64,000 bases of DNA. Origin: Blastocladiella emersonii ATCC 22665 (Eukaryota; Fungi; Blastocladiomycota). The DNA is taken from contig JANHCV010000005.1 in the NCBI GenBank assembly GCA_025594325.1, positions 1,674,001-1,738,000 of the forward strand, written 5' to 3'. Both the position numbers and the translations under genes were made by a program. Position 1 is the first letter of the stretch. Each line of letters starts with the position of its first letter. Below, piece after piece: positions 33,697-44,193 of this stretch. The notes beneath the pieces are model-generated. The model was not told where the DNA came from. It saw only the letters and a program-made list of their open reading frames with translations, and did not search any database.

Positions 33697-34893
33697 ATGT
33701 TAAGCTCATGCAACTTGCCGCAAAATGACCTGCCCGCTCGGTCGGACCCACTTGGGCTGCTCGCACTCCCGCTTGACCTTCTTGGCGAAATCGTCATCCT
33801 CGCTGAGCCGCGTCACCGCGTGCTCACGGCCACGCGCGAGCTCTCCGAGGTTTCGAAACCGACACGGTTCAAGCTCGCCTGGCTCAATGCGATCCTGTCG
33901 AACTCTGTCCCTCAGCGCGTCGTGGATGTCTACAAGGCTTTCCCTCTCCTCAACATGCGGTCCAACCTCGGCGTGTTCCTCTTCAGCAACGATTTCATCC
34001 CTAAGGACGAGACGATTCGCGAGCTTCGATGCTCGCTTGTTGCCACTGCGTTTCTGCGTCTCATTGACTCGGCTCCAACCGAGTTCCGCATCCCCATGGG
34101 CCGCGCGGATACTCAACTCCGGATCCGGCGGGCCGAAGCGCCCTTGAAGCGCCAAGTCGATGCAGCCGGTACTCGCTTCCACTTTTTCACCAAGTACCCG
34201 GCCCTCTCGATCATTCAAACCGTGCTCTTCCTCGCCGGCGCTGGCGACGCGATCGGCTTGAAGGCCTTTCTTAAGCGCACAGTTACTGATGCAAACGCGC
34301 TTATCTGCATCAAGCTTCCGTTCTTAACCTGGGCCCATTTGACCGCGAAGACGCTCAATCCAGTGTGGGAGCGCGAGCTCAGCGTCGTTCCCAAGTCCAA
34401 CATCCCCCTCCGTCTCATCGCGTATATCGGCCTCTCTGCTTTGAGTCGCTGGGATGCGGAAGTTTTCGAAGTGGCTACCGAAGGCATGCATGGTCTCGAC
34501 CGTGACCACCTGATTGGCCTGCTCAGCGAGGAAAATTTTGTCCACCTCGCGCTCATGGAAATCCAGCGCGCTGGCGCGCCTGTCGGCCGCGCCACTCGAA
34601 TCCTTGACTGGCTCATCGAGAACGCGTGGAAGCCTGGGCGCACGTTTGCCGGCCAACCGCTCGAGGCTTTCTTGACTCTGCCGCATCTTGCCGATGTTCT
34701 CACACACGTCAAGCGCCATCCGAACCTGTACCCGAAGCGCAAGAACGCGCCTCAACCCCGCCGCGCTATTGGTGGCCAAGCAACCAATGCCACTCGTACT
34801 CCAACCGCTTCGACTGCCTCGGTCTCGAGTACGACCATGAATGTCTCGTCGCTCAAGGACGCGCTTCCCGGGCTTCGCGGCATGTTCAAGTAG
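33697..34893 (+). CDS. F-box-like array copy 3 (intact, 398 aa)
   Basis: MLSSCNLPQ...LLALPLDLLGEIVILA...KLAWL...RILDWLIE...HVKRHP...SSLKDALPGLRGMFK, uninterrupted. Confidence 0.8.
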   Translation: MLSSCNLPQNDLPARSDPLGLLALPLDLLGEIVILAEPRHRVLTATRELSEVSKPTRFKLAWLNAILSNSVPQRVVDVYKAFPLLNMRSNLGVFLFSNDFIPKDETIRELRCSLVATAFLRLIDSAPTEFRIPMGRADTQLRIRRAEAPLKRQVDAAGTRFHFFTKYPALSIIQTVLFLAGAGDAIGLKAFLKRTVTDANALICIKLPFLTWAHLTAKTLNPVWERELSVVPKSNIPLRLIAYIGLSALSRWDAEVFEVATEGMHGLDRDHLIGLLSEENFVHLALMEIQRAGAPVGRATRILDWLIENAWKPGRTFAGQPLEAFLTLPHLADVLTHVKRHPNLYPKRKNAPQPRRAIGGQATNATRTPTASTASVSSTTMNVSSLKDALPGLRGMFK

Positions 34894-35304
34894 GCGAGTT
34901 TGGTTGATCGTCCGTTCAGCGGTGTGTGTTCCCGCTTCTCTTGTTCGAAATAGCATTCAGTTGTTTCCCTCCTTGATCGATCGCCCGCGAGTGCAGTCTC
35001 TCAGTGAACTCGCACTCGCAGCACCAGCGGCTTCGGCTCGCCCGCTCAAGTTCATGCTCGACCGTTGTACCAGTCGATGAGGAGGGCAAACTCGCTGGAT
35101 TGAATTTTCTAGAGACGTCCAAGTCGGCCTCCCTCATTGTTGTGACTGTTCGGCCTTGCAGGCGAGGCGGGCAGGACTCGAACACGACTACAACGCGTCG
35201 GTTACATTCGCACGCCAAGCGTGAGTCAGCGTGAGACCAGCTTCGCGAGCTTGCGCGACGTGCTCTCGCTCCCCCCGTTTCGCCACCACCCGATATTCCC
35301 CGCA

Positions 35305-36503
35305 ATGTTAAGCTCATGCAACTCCCCGCAAACGGATCGGCCCGCTGAGGCGGACCCGCTTGGCCTACTTGCGCTTCCGGTTGACCTCCTTGGCGAAATT
35401 GTCATCCTCGCCTAGCCGCGCCACTACGTGCTCACCGCCACGCGCGAGCTCGCCGAGGTCGCGGAACCGACACGGTTCAAGCTCGCCTGGCTTAATGCAA
35501 TTGTTTCGACCGACGTTCCTCAGCACGTCGTGGATGCCTACAAGGACTGCCCAATCTCAATTGTGCGGTCCAACCTTGGCGCGTACCTCTTGCACGACGA
35601 CTTCGTGCGCTTTGGCGAGTTTACTTGCCATCTCCGGGCCACTCTCAATGCCGTTGCGTTCTCATGCCTCCTCAACTCGCTTCCGGCTGATTTACGTGGA
35701 TCCACGGACTTGGCCATCCAGGGCCAGCGGACCAAAGTTCTCTTGGAGCGCCAAATCTGCAAGGCTGGGACGCGTGTCCACTTTTCACGAAATATCCGGC
35801 GTTCTCCATCTACCAGATCTTGTTCTTTGTCGCCGGCGTTGGTGATGCGCCCGGCTTGGAGGATTTTCTCAAGTGGACCATGCGATGTGCGCCTGTTCTT
35901 TTGGGCGTCCAACTCCCCCTTTTTACGTGGGTCCGCTCGAGCACCAAGACGCTCAATGACCTGTGGGAGCAAGAGCTCAAGGTTAACCGTACTTTCAACT
36001 TCCAAGTCGGCCTCATTCCGTTCCTTGGCCTCTTCGCGCTGAGCCGTTGGAATGCGGACATTTTCCATGTGGTCACCGAGGGCTTTCACGGAATCGGCCG
36101 TGATAACATCATCGAGCTGCTCAAAAGAGAGATCTTTGTTAACCTTGCGCTCGTGGAGCTGCGGCGACTCCCTGTTCCCGCCGACCACGCCATCCGGATC
36201 CTTGACTGGCTTCTCGAAAACACCTGGAAACCCCGGCGCACCTTCGCGGGGCAGCCACTCGAGGCCTTTCTGGCTCTGCCGCACCTTGCCGATGTTCTCG
36301 CACATGTCAAGCGCCATCCCAAGCTGTACCCGAAGCGCAAGGACGTGCCTCGACCCAGCCGCGCTGTCGGAGGCCAAATACCCAATGCCGCTCGTGCTCC
36401 GACCTCGGCAACTCCCTCGAGCTCGGGTTCGGGCTCCGGTTTGACCATGAATGTCTCGTCGCTCAAGGACGCGCTCCCCGGGCTTCGCGGCATGTTCAAG
36501 TAG
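35305..36503 (+). pseudogene. F-box-like array copy 4
   Basis: TAG at 35413 and a frameshift near 35810; closely related to copy 3. Confidence 0.85.
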
Positions 36504-37048
36504 GCAAGAGTAGTTGCTCGTTCGCGGTGTGTGCTCCCGCTTCTGCTGCTCGAAATAACAATCAGTTTCGATTAAGAGTGTCACATCGCCAGGCTTGTCT
36601 TGACAGCAGTCAATCACTTTGATCGCGCTCTCGATTCAAGCCTTGCCCGCTTGGCCTCACATGCTTCGTTACAAGCACGTCTCCCACTTTCGGCGACGCA
36701 CCCGTGACGATAATGGAACACTACCTGTACCGTCTACCCGAGAGGCTCCACTCGCGCAGCTATCGGTTTGTGAGTTCTCCGCGCAGCTTCCAGCCGATTG
36801 ATGCAGGGTTCAGGACACTGGACCCGCTGGGTTGAATCTCGAAGCCTGCTACTAATGCATTTGCGCAACACCGATTAACGGAGTGTTAGAAAGGATTTTC
36901 TCTTGACCTGATGCTCATCACGCCGGGGGAAGGATCGACCGTCAAGCGCGTCTGGGTGAGTGAGTCGACAAACGCAGCAGTGGACGCGAAGTTCACACGC
37001 ATCACCGCGCTCAGCTCCTCTCGCTCCCCATCGAAGACACTCTCCGCA

Positions 37049-37360
37049 ACGTTAGGCTCATGCAACTCACTGCAACGTGATCATTATGCCAAGCCGGCCC
37101 CTCTTGGCCTTCGCGCACTCCCGCTTGACCTTCTTGGCGAAATCGTGCTCCTCGCCAAACCGCGCCACTACGTGCTCACGGCTACCGGCGAGTTTTCCGA
37201 GATTGCCGAGCCGAAGCGATTCAAACTCGCATGGATCAATGCAATCCTATCGAACGCTCTGTCTCGGCACGTCATGGACGCGTACCGGGACTTGCCCGTC
37301 TTGACGATGCGGACCAACCTAGGCGCGTACCTGTTCAACGACGAGTACAGACCCTTTTGC
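37049..37360 (+). pseudogene. F-box-like array copy 5 (ATG to ACG, 3'-truncated)
   Basis: LRALPLDLLGEIVLLAKPRH...RTNLGAYLF, after which homology is lost. Confidence 0.75.
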
Positions 37361-37618
37361 GACTCGTTTCTCGTGGTGACTTGTCATGTTTCCCTCGTCG
37401 CACCCTGCGCCGTGACGTCTTCGACCACAATACACACCGTGGAGCTCTGTGAGTATTCTATGTCCATGATATCGACCAAGGGTGTGTCCGACAGCGCGAA
37501 GCGACGGGCATGAGTCAGCAGCCATCGCGGCGACGCGGAAACGAGCGCGAAAACCGACGCGCGCCTCGTAGCCCAGTCCTCGCTCCTCCGCAGCCCCCCT
37601 CACACGCAACTTCCTATC

Positions 37619-37900
37619 ATGCTAGGCTCATGTAACTCCCCGCGAGGTGATGAAGGTTCCGAAATGGACACGTTGGGCTTCGCTGCGCTGCCTTCCGACC
37701 TCCTTGCCAATATCGTTACCCTTGCTGTTCCGCGCTACAGGGTGCTCACGGCCACCCGCGAGTTCCGAGAGCTCGCGCACTCGAAGAACTTCAAGCTGGC
37801 ATGGATCAACGCCCTTTGCACAATCGACACGCCTCCGCTTGTCCTCAACGCCTATACCTATCCGACCTGCTGGACCCTGCTCGTGCGCTCCAATCTCGTG
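37619..37900 (+). pseudogene. F-box-like array copy 6 (3'-truncated)
   Basis: MLGSCNSP...FAALPSDLLANIVTLA...VRSNL, after which homology is lost. Confidence 0.7.
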
Positions 37901-38017
37901 TTGAGTTGCATGACAGGACCCTCACGACCCCGGCTGGAACGTTTCAGAAGGCCGAAACGCTTTCTCCCCGAACGTCGCCGCTTCGCTCTCCCCTTGCTTC
38001 ACGATCGACTACACACC

Positions 38018-39596
38018 ATGCAAAACGAATGCAACACCCTGCAACGGGTCGAGCCCGACCAGCCCGCCACGCTTGGACTTGATACACTCCCTGCGGACCT
38101 GCTTTCCCTGGTCGTCAAGCTTGCCGTGCCGCGCCACCTTGTCTTGGGGGCGAGCCAGATGCTCGCAGAATGCTCGCGCTCGGTCCGATTCAAGCTGACG
38201 TGGATCAATGGCCATTGCACGATGCGCACCCCGCCCGAACTTCTCGCCGAGTACATGCGCCGCCCCAATTACAACGTGCGCACCAACCTCTGCGCCTATC
38301 TCGAGCAGCACTACCTTAGCGCCGATAAAGCAGCTGTGCCGCAGCGCCCTGGCTTTGCCCAGTTCCTCTACCTCGCGACAGACTGCCTCCTCCGCAAGAT
38401 CCGGCCTGCCATTCGACCGGGTGGAAAGGGCAGCCTCAGCGTCGAGCGTCTTGAAATGATCGGTGGCATGGTTGAGGGCGAGATTGCTTCCGCGGGCCCT
38501 TCGCTCAAGATCATGACCTCGGCTCCGTGTTCCTCGCTCGTCCAGCTTCTCGTCTTCGTGACATGCCGCCGCCGCAGTGGGCCCCTGCTTAAACAGATCC
38601 TCGTCCGTGTTCGCGAAATTGCAGTCGAGCTCCTGTGCATCGAGACGCACTTCGCCACATGGGCGTACGCAACCACCGAGGCCGCGGAACTCGTGTGGCC
38701 CGAAACCTCCGCGAGCACAACGACTGGTTCTCCAACGCCGCTGGCATTATGGCGCTCATCTCCGTCTACCGCTGGGACTCGAGTGTGTTTGACGTGCTGA
38801 CCAAGGACAATTTTACGCTGCATACTGAGCGCCTCGTCGACTCGTTCCAAATCAACTCGACGGCTGTCCTTGCGCTCAACAGGCTGGCTGATTTCCGCTG
38901 GCCCGCGCCCGAAGCAACCCCGATCCTCGGCTGGCTTATCAAAAATGTGTGGACCGGTAACCGCTGGTTGTTTGACGGCAAGCCCTTGGCCTGGTACCTC
39001 ATGCAGTTCCCCACGGCCGAGTTGCTCGCGTACGTGATCGAGCAGCACCCGCGCTACTCAAGCGACAGCCTGCACGACCCCCTCATCAGCCTTGTCATTA
39101 CTTCTCGTCTGGCTGCCTGGTGCCGCATCGACACCGGGATCGACGCGCTCGCGACTCTCGACGACCACGACTTGATGGACGAAACTTCGTGGCTGGTCGT
39201 CCTGCGGGCCGTGCTTGGCATGAAGGAGGCCGACCGTAAGTCTAGCCCGCTCGTCAAGCTTGCTGTTGAGCGGCTTGGTCGCAACCAGGGGACCATTCTT
39301 GTCGAGAGTACGTTCGCTCACGCGCCCATGTTTTCTGAACATACGAGCTGACTTTTTGCCTCGGTGTAGTTCTTCATGGTCGCGATCGGAACGACGATGA
39401 TTGCGCAGCCGACGTTCTTCGATTTGCGAAGCAGTACATCTCTGCCAACCGCGAGCTGATGCGCAACCTCGAGTTTCTCGCTTCCGTCCAGATCGTGCGT
39501 CGCCGCTCGTACGAGAGCGATGACGACGAGCCCGCGCCCTTCGAGGGATTGTCTCTCCGCGCTGCGCTCCCTGGTCTCGCGGGGCTCCTCAACTAG
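38018..39596 (+). pseudogene. F-box-like array copy 7 (divergent, one frameshift, one intron)
   Basis: LDTLPADLLSLVVKLA; frameshift near 38705; predicted intron 39308-39369; last exon ends LRAALPGLAGLLN*, matching the family tail. Confidence 0.65.
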
Positions 39597-40167
39597 AACT
39601 AATGCCCTTCCGTCCCTTGGCAGCTTTCTCATGAGTGTGACCTCTATATAGTTGTTTGATCTGTCACTGAACGTTACAGCCAACGTTCGGTGAGCGCCTC
39701 CTCCTCCGCGCGCGGCCTCCGTCAGCGTCATCCAAGCCGACGCAGACACGCGTCCTAGTCCCAGTGCTTGGCCAGTTCCGTTGCGTGCCAATTCATCCGA
39801 GCCTATCCGCAACTGTGCAGTTTATGACCGTGCTGCTGGCCGGCGGAGATGTGCCGTGATTCCTTGTGGTAGCACGCTTGCGAGCAGTTCGAGCTTACGC
39901 GAGCTCAAGGACGCGCGCTGAGTTCACGGTCCAGACTTCCCCCATGAACCCCACACTCAACCTCCTTGAGTGGATCTCATGAGTGAATAAACACCGTCTA
40001 CGCGTCGTCTGCTCCACGGCGAAGAGATCGGCTGGTGCGTCAAGCTCGAGTGACAAGGACGCGTTCCAATATCGTGTGACCCGTCAGGTGGCGTCCAGGG
40101 GGAGCGAATCAATCGAGTTCGCCGGCGCGCGTCGCGCCGTTTCTCACTCCCCTGCGCATGTAAACCA

Positions 40168-41360
40168 ATGAAGCAGAAGAAAAAGACTGCTCGCAACGGC
40201 GGCCCCAAGGCTCAAGGAGACGCCCCAGCCGTAGTTGTGGCCACCAAACCGCCGATCCCCTAGTTGACCTGTGCGACGCTTGCTCTCGACGACGTCACGG
40301 ACCCGTACTACTTCTACGGCCGACCGTATGCGCGCGACCTCTTTATCCACTACCACCCGCGCGCCTCCAGACGCCTCGATGCCCTCGTTTTCCAGTGCGG
40401 CGACTTGCGCGACGTTGTGCGGACGTTCAACGACGCCAAGCGCAAGTACGGCACCGCCGACCTCGCTTTTGTCCTTAGTGACACGCGTCCGGTGGTGCTT
40501 GCCCGCAATTTGCTTGTTCTTCATGCAGTCACATCCTCGACGTTCGTAACGCGCAGCGAGTTGACGCGGCATATCGGGCAGCTCACGTACTCGCTTCATC
40601 TCGATCCTGCGACCCGCGGGTTCTGAACCGTGTGGCTGCACGATTGCCTAGCTTGCCCGGACGCAACGTGGACCGACAAGAGCTCGGGGTTTTGCGTGCT
40701 TGACGAGACGACGCTGCGCGCTGTGCGCCGCTGTTGGCAGTCGTGGCTCAAGCGCGACTGGTCGATTGAACGGCTGACTACGGAGCGCGACACTTACTTT
40801 GCCCGTGCTCGCAAAGGCAGGGGAACTCGCGACCACGTTCAGGCCGCTACCAAGCGCTTTGTGGAAAATTTAATTAACGTACACGGTGACGGCTGCACCA
40901 TTTCCGAGGACTTGGCGAGCCACGTTCGCCCACTTCTTACTGCCGGTGCCTTCTTCCTCAATCCAGCTCATGCGACTACAGCTGCCTCAACTGGCGCTCT
41001 TTCCGAGAACCCGACAATGCTCCTTGCCGGCGCTGACGGCACGCTCTCGTTTTCAGCCCCAGTCGACGTAACCCCACTCGATGTGGTTGACATAGACCCA
41101 AACGATGTACGTGGTAGTATGCAGCGCGCTCTCGACCAGTACATCGACATACTTTTTAAGGCGTTCGGCCAGCGTAGTGGCTGCCAGCCACTCTTGCTGG
41201 AACTCACTCGTTCCGTTGAGTGGGCTGCCAGTCCAGTGAGAGCGTCGTTCGTCTGCAAACTTGTCTTTGTAGTGGGCCATCCCATCTCGGTCATGGAAAG
41301 GCTTACTCCGCAGTCTCAAATATGCCATCCCGCTATTCCCGCGCCGGCTCTTTTCGATCA
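40168..41360 (+). pseudogene. DUF4470-domain protein, copy 2
   Basis: MKQKKK start and LVFQCGDLRDV...VVLARNLLVL. Stops at 40261 (TAG) and 40624 (TGA); homology ends at about 41360. Confidence 0.8.
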
Positions 41361-41730
41361 GACGGTGCGCCCGCTACGCGCTGCAGACTCGCAACGCAAC
41401 GACGACGGAGCGGGAGAACCGGTCGTGGAGAGAAATCGTAGTCAAAACTTGAAAAGCCGGCGGAAAGAAAAAATGAAGTGTCGAAAACAATAATACTGGT
41501 GGACTTGATTAGCGGGTACCAACTCGCGGGGGTTGTCTGGTGGTACTCTCTTTCACGGTGCAACGGACGGATATCGAATTGCTTACTCAAGGCTCAACGT
41601 CCCGCCTGGCCAAGGCGGGGTTTCGAACGAAGCATCTTCGTCTCCCAATTGCGCACCCTAGACATGTACCAACCAGATCCCACTCCGCACCCGCTAACCA
41701 AGCCACGTCTCCAGGAAGAGAAACCTCGCC

Positions 41731-41780
41731 CTTATACCCTTGTACCCTCAGACCCTCAAACCCTCGAACCCTCAAACCCT
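41731..41780 (+). repeat. degenerate octamer repeat (TCAAACCC-like)
   Basis: TTATACCC TTGTACCC TCAGACCC TCAAACCC TCGAACCC TCAAACCC. Confidence 0.7.
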
Positions 41781-42727
41781 CCAAAGGAGGGCCACATACC
41801 ACACGAAACGTCAACTGAGCCCCGCCCTGCGTGAATCGTGCGTGAGTAGGTCGAGTGGGCTGAGATACTGGCTGACCGTGCCTGTGGCCCTGTGGACATG
41901 ATTCACGCGTTTTTACGCGTTTTTCCCTACTCAATGGATGATCAAAGCGACTCCGATACGTCCGGCACGATGTCGGGTTATACGATGCGAATCCGGATTC
42001 GCGTGTGCTCGGCCGGTCATCCGCATATACCACGTGATGCTGGGAAGCTGGGGGATGGATGGACGCGGCGCCGCCCGAGTTCGCTCCCCGCGTCTCCCCT
42101 CTCCACTCCCCGCTTACCGCCATGCAAGTTGAATGCAAACCCGGACTAGCTGCAATGTACTCGAGATGGGCAAATGCACCTGTGGGAGCCACACAAAGTG
42201 GAAATCGGGAATGAATAGGAAACTCTGCGGCGCGGGCACGGCCGGCGCACCACACGCACGCCCAAGCCCGCACGTCCTGCTAGAATAGTTTTATGTGCTA
42301 CAAACAGCTTCCTGTTCGTGACCCCCTCGGTCCTTTGCCTTGCACCGGGCCGTCTCGGTTGGGCGCACGTGGCGCGCGCGCGCGCGTGCGCGCGCGTCGG
42401 GCCGCCGCCGCCGTTTGTTCTTGTGGTTGACCCACCCATCTGGAACGGCGGAACGGAGACCGAGACCGAGCCCCGAGCCCCACCAGATGATCCCGGCGTC
42501 GTTGCTATATTTTATTCCATCGCGCAGACGCGTCAGCTTTTCATGACCGGCCCCCGTGTCGCCGCCGCGCCTGCAACTTGAAGCGAACCCACCCGCAGCA
42601 ACACGCTTACACGCTTACCGTCGTCGCATGCGTTCACCGGTCGGCTGGCTTCCTCATCCTCCCGTTGCCGAACCACGACAAGCAGAACCACCAATCGGAC
42701 CCCTGTTTTGGGGGATTTCAAAAAATT

Positions 42728-42775
42728 CAGCTGGAGCTTCGCTCCAGCTGGTTCTTTTCCGTGCGCCTCGCGCAC
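42728..42775 (-). other. double hairpin resembling a Helentron 3' end
   Basis: Perfect 10-bp stem CAGCTGGAGC-TTC-GCTCCAGCTG (GAA loop on the minus strand) and palindrome GTGCGC-CTC-GCGCAC; on the minus strand the hairpin is followed by AATTTTTTG. Confidence 0.45.
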
Positions 42776-43149
42776 CTTTTCATGCGTTCGCACGTAACGT
42801 TGTACGCCGGTAGATGCACTGCCCGCCGTCCTCTTGATTCGGTTGATATTCTTTAGTATTCTGTCATGACCTTTTTGCGACCGGTAGCGTTAAGAACTTC
42901 TTTTCTCCTTCATCGCATTAGTGTACTTCGTCAAGGCGTTTGCAATATTGGAACTGACTTGAAGGTCACCCCACTTAATCCCCAGGTCATAACTCGCACG
43001 TCTCGAGCTGAGTCGCAAGCAGTTGCGCTTAGCCCTCCCTTCGCCTTGTGCGGCCTCTGACCCATCAAATTCTAAGCTAAGCAATTTGCGGTTTGTGCTT
43101 GTACGTAGGACCTCTCGACGCGCGATTCGTGGAATGAAAGTGATGTATC

Positions 43150-43972
43150 GGTGCGAGGGAACGGACAACCCACAGCCGCGCGTGGTGCGCCGCGAGGGGC
43201 GTCGTGTCGCATGTTCTCGAAAATGAGAGTCTGTACGCTCGACGGAAGTTCGAGCAAGCGAGCTAACGCGGCAGTCAGGTTGCACGGCCTAAAAAATAAG
43301 CTGCGTACGGATTGAGCAGGAGATGCCAGCGCATGGTTATGGACCGCAATTCCATCCTCATTGAACCGACCGCGGTCAATCCGCATTCCCTTGGCGTTGC
43401 CGGAGGCAATATCGCTGTAGCTGCGGTTTTTGGTCGCGTCGCCCGCCTTCATGAAGGCCGGCTAAGCATCCAGGAACGTGGAGGTCAGAGCCGAATGTGA
43501 AGAACTGTTGGAAAGTGAAGAGATTACGAACATATTGCATGCTTGGCATTTCAACGTACGTGTGAGCCCCAACGACGCCCGCGACGACAAGAAACAAGCG
43601 TTCGTCTTCGTTCGAACGTTCGTGAAGATCCGTGCTACTAGGCGGCAAAGCAAGCCCCGATTTGCGCCACCAGTCCAAGGCGAGATAGTGATTGCCGCGG
43701 GCGGCCCCGAGCTAGGCCTGGCTCGTGTAGGTTGTGGGCAGCGTGGATCCGCGCCATAACTCGAGAGCCGCGACGTTCCCGCGCGCGCTCAACTCGTCCA
43801 CGGAGAGAAGGGAGCAGCACCGCAAGATGGCGCGCGTGACGCCCGGGATGTCGGCGCGGCGCATGACCCGCGCATACCCGGCCGGCCCACGCAGGTCGTT
43901 CGGGTCATGGAGCTGGACGGCATAGACAAGGATCCGCTCATAAACGTGCAGCAAGTTAGGGCCTGAGTACAT
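43150..43972 (-). pseudogene. F-box-like/ankyrin-like + LRR family, copy a (truncated)
   Basis: NLLHVYERILVYA...RRADIPGVTRAIL...LDWWRKSGLALP. In-frame TAG at 43712; most of the LRR region is missing. Confidence 0.8.
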
Positions 43973-44193
43973 CTTGTTGCCATGAGTTTCGTGCGTTTTA
44001 AGAGTGGAGCGAACGCGGAGCCGGGGCGAAGCGCGAAAAAGCACGCCAACTGGGTGGGGGCGCAGTCACGTGCTTCACGTTCGATATGAACGACGCGTCA
44101 TCGAGGCGCTTTTTTTTGCGTGTCGCGGTGCTCGAAGCTGCCCTGTTAAGGTCGGATGCGTAGGACTTTTGTGTTGGAGCTAACATATCCAGG

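Noticed and set aside
37619-38800. Single 393-aa gene as given in the ORF track
   Set aside because: It is a truncated copy 6 reading through intergenic DNA into copy 7, which has its own ATG at 38018 and continues past a frameshift.
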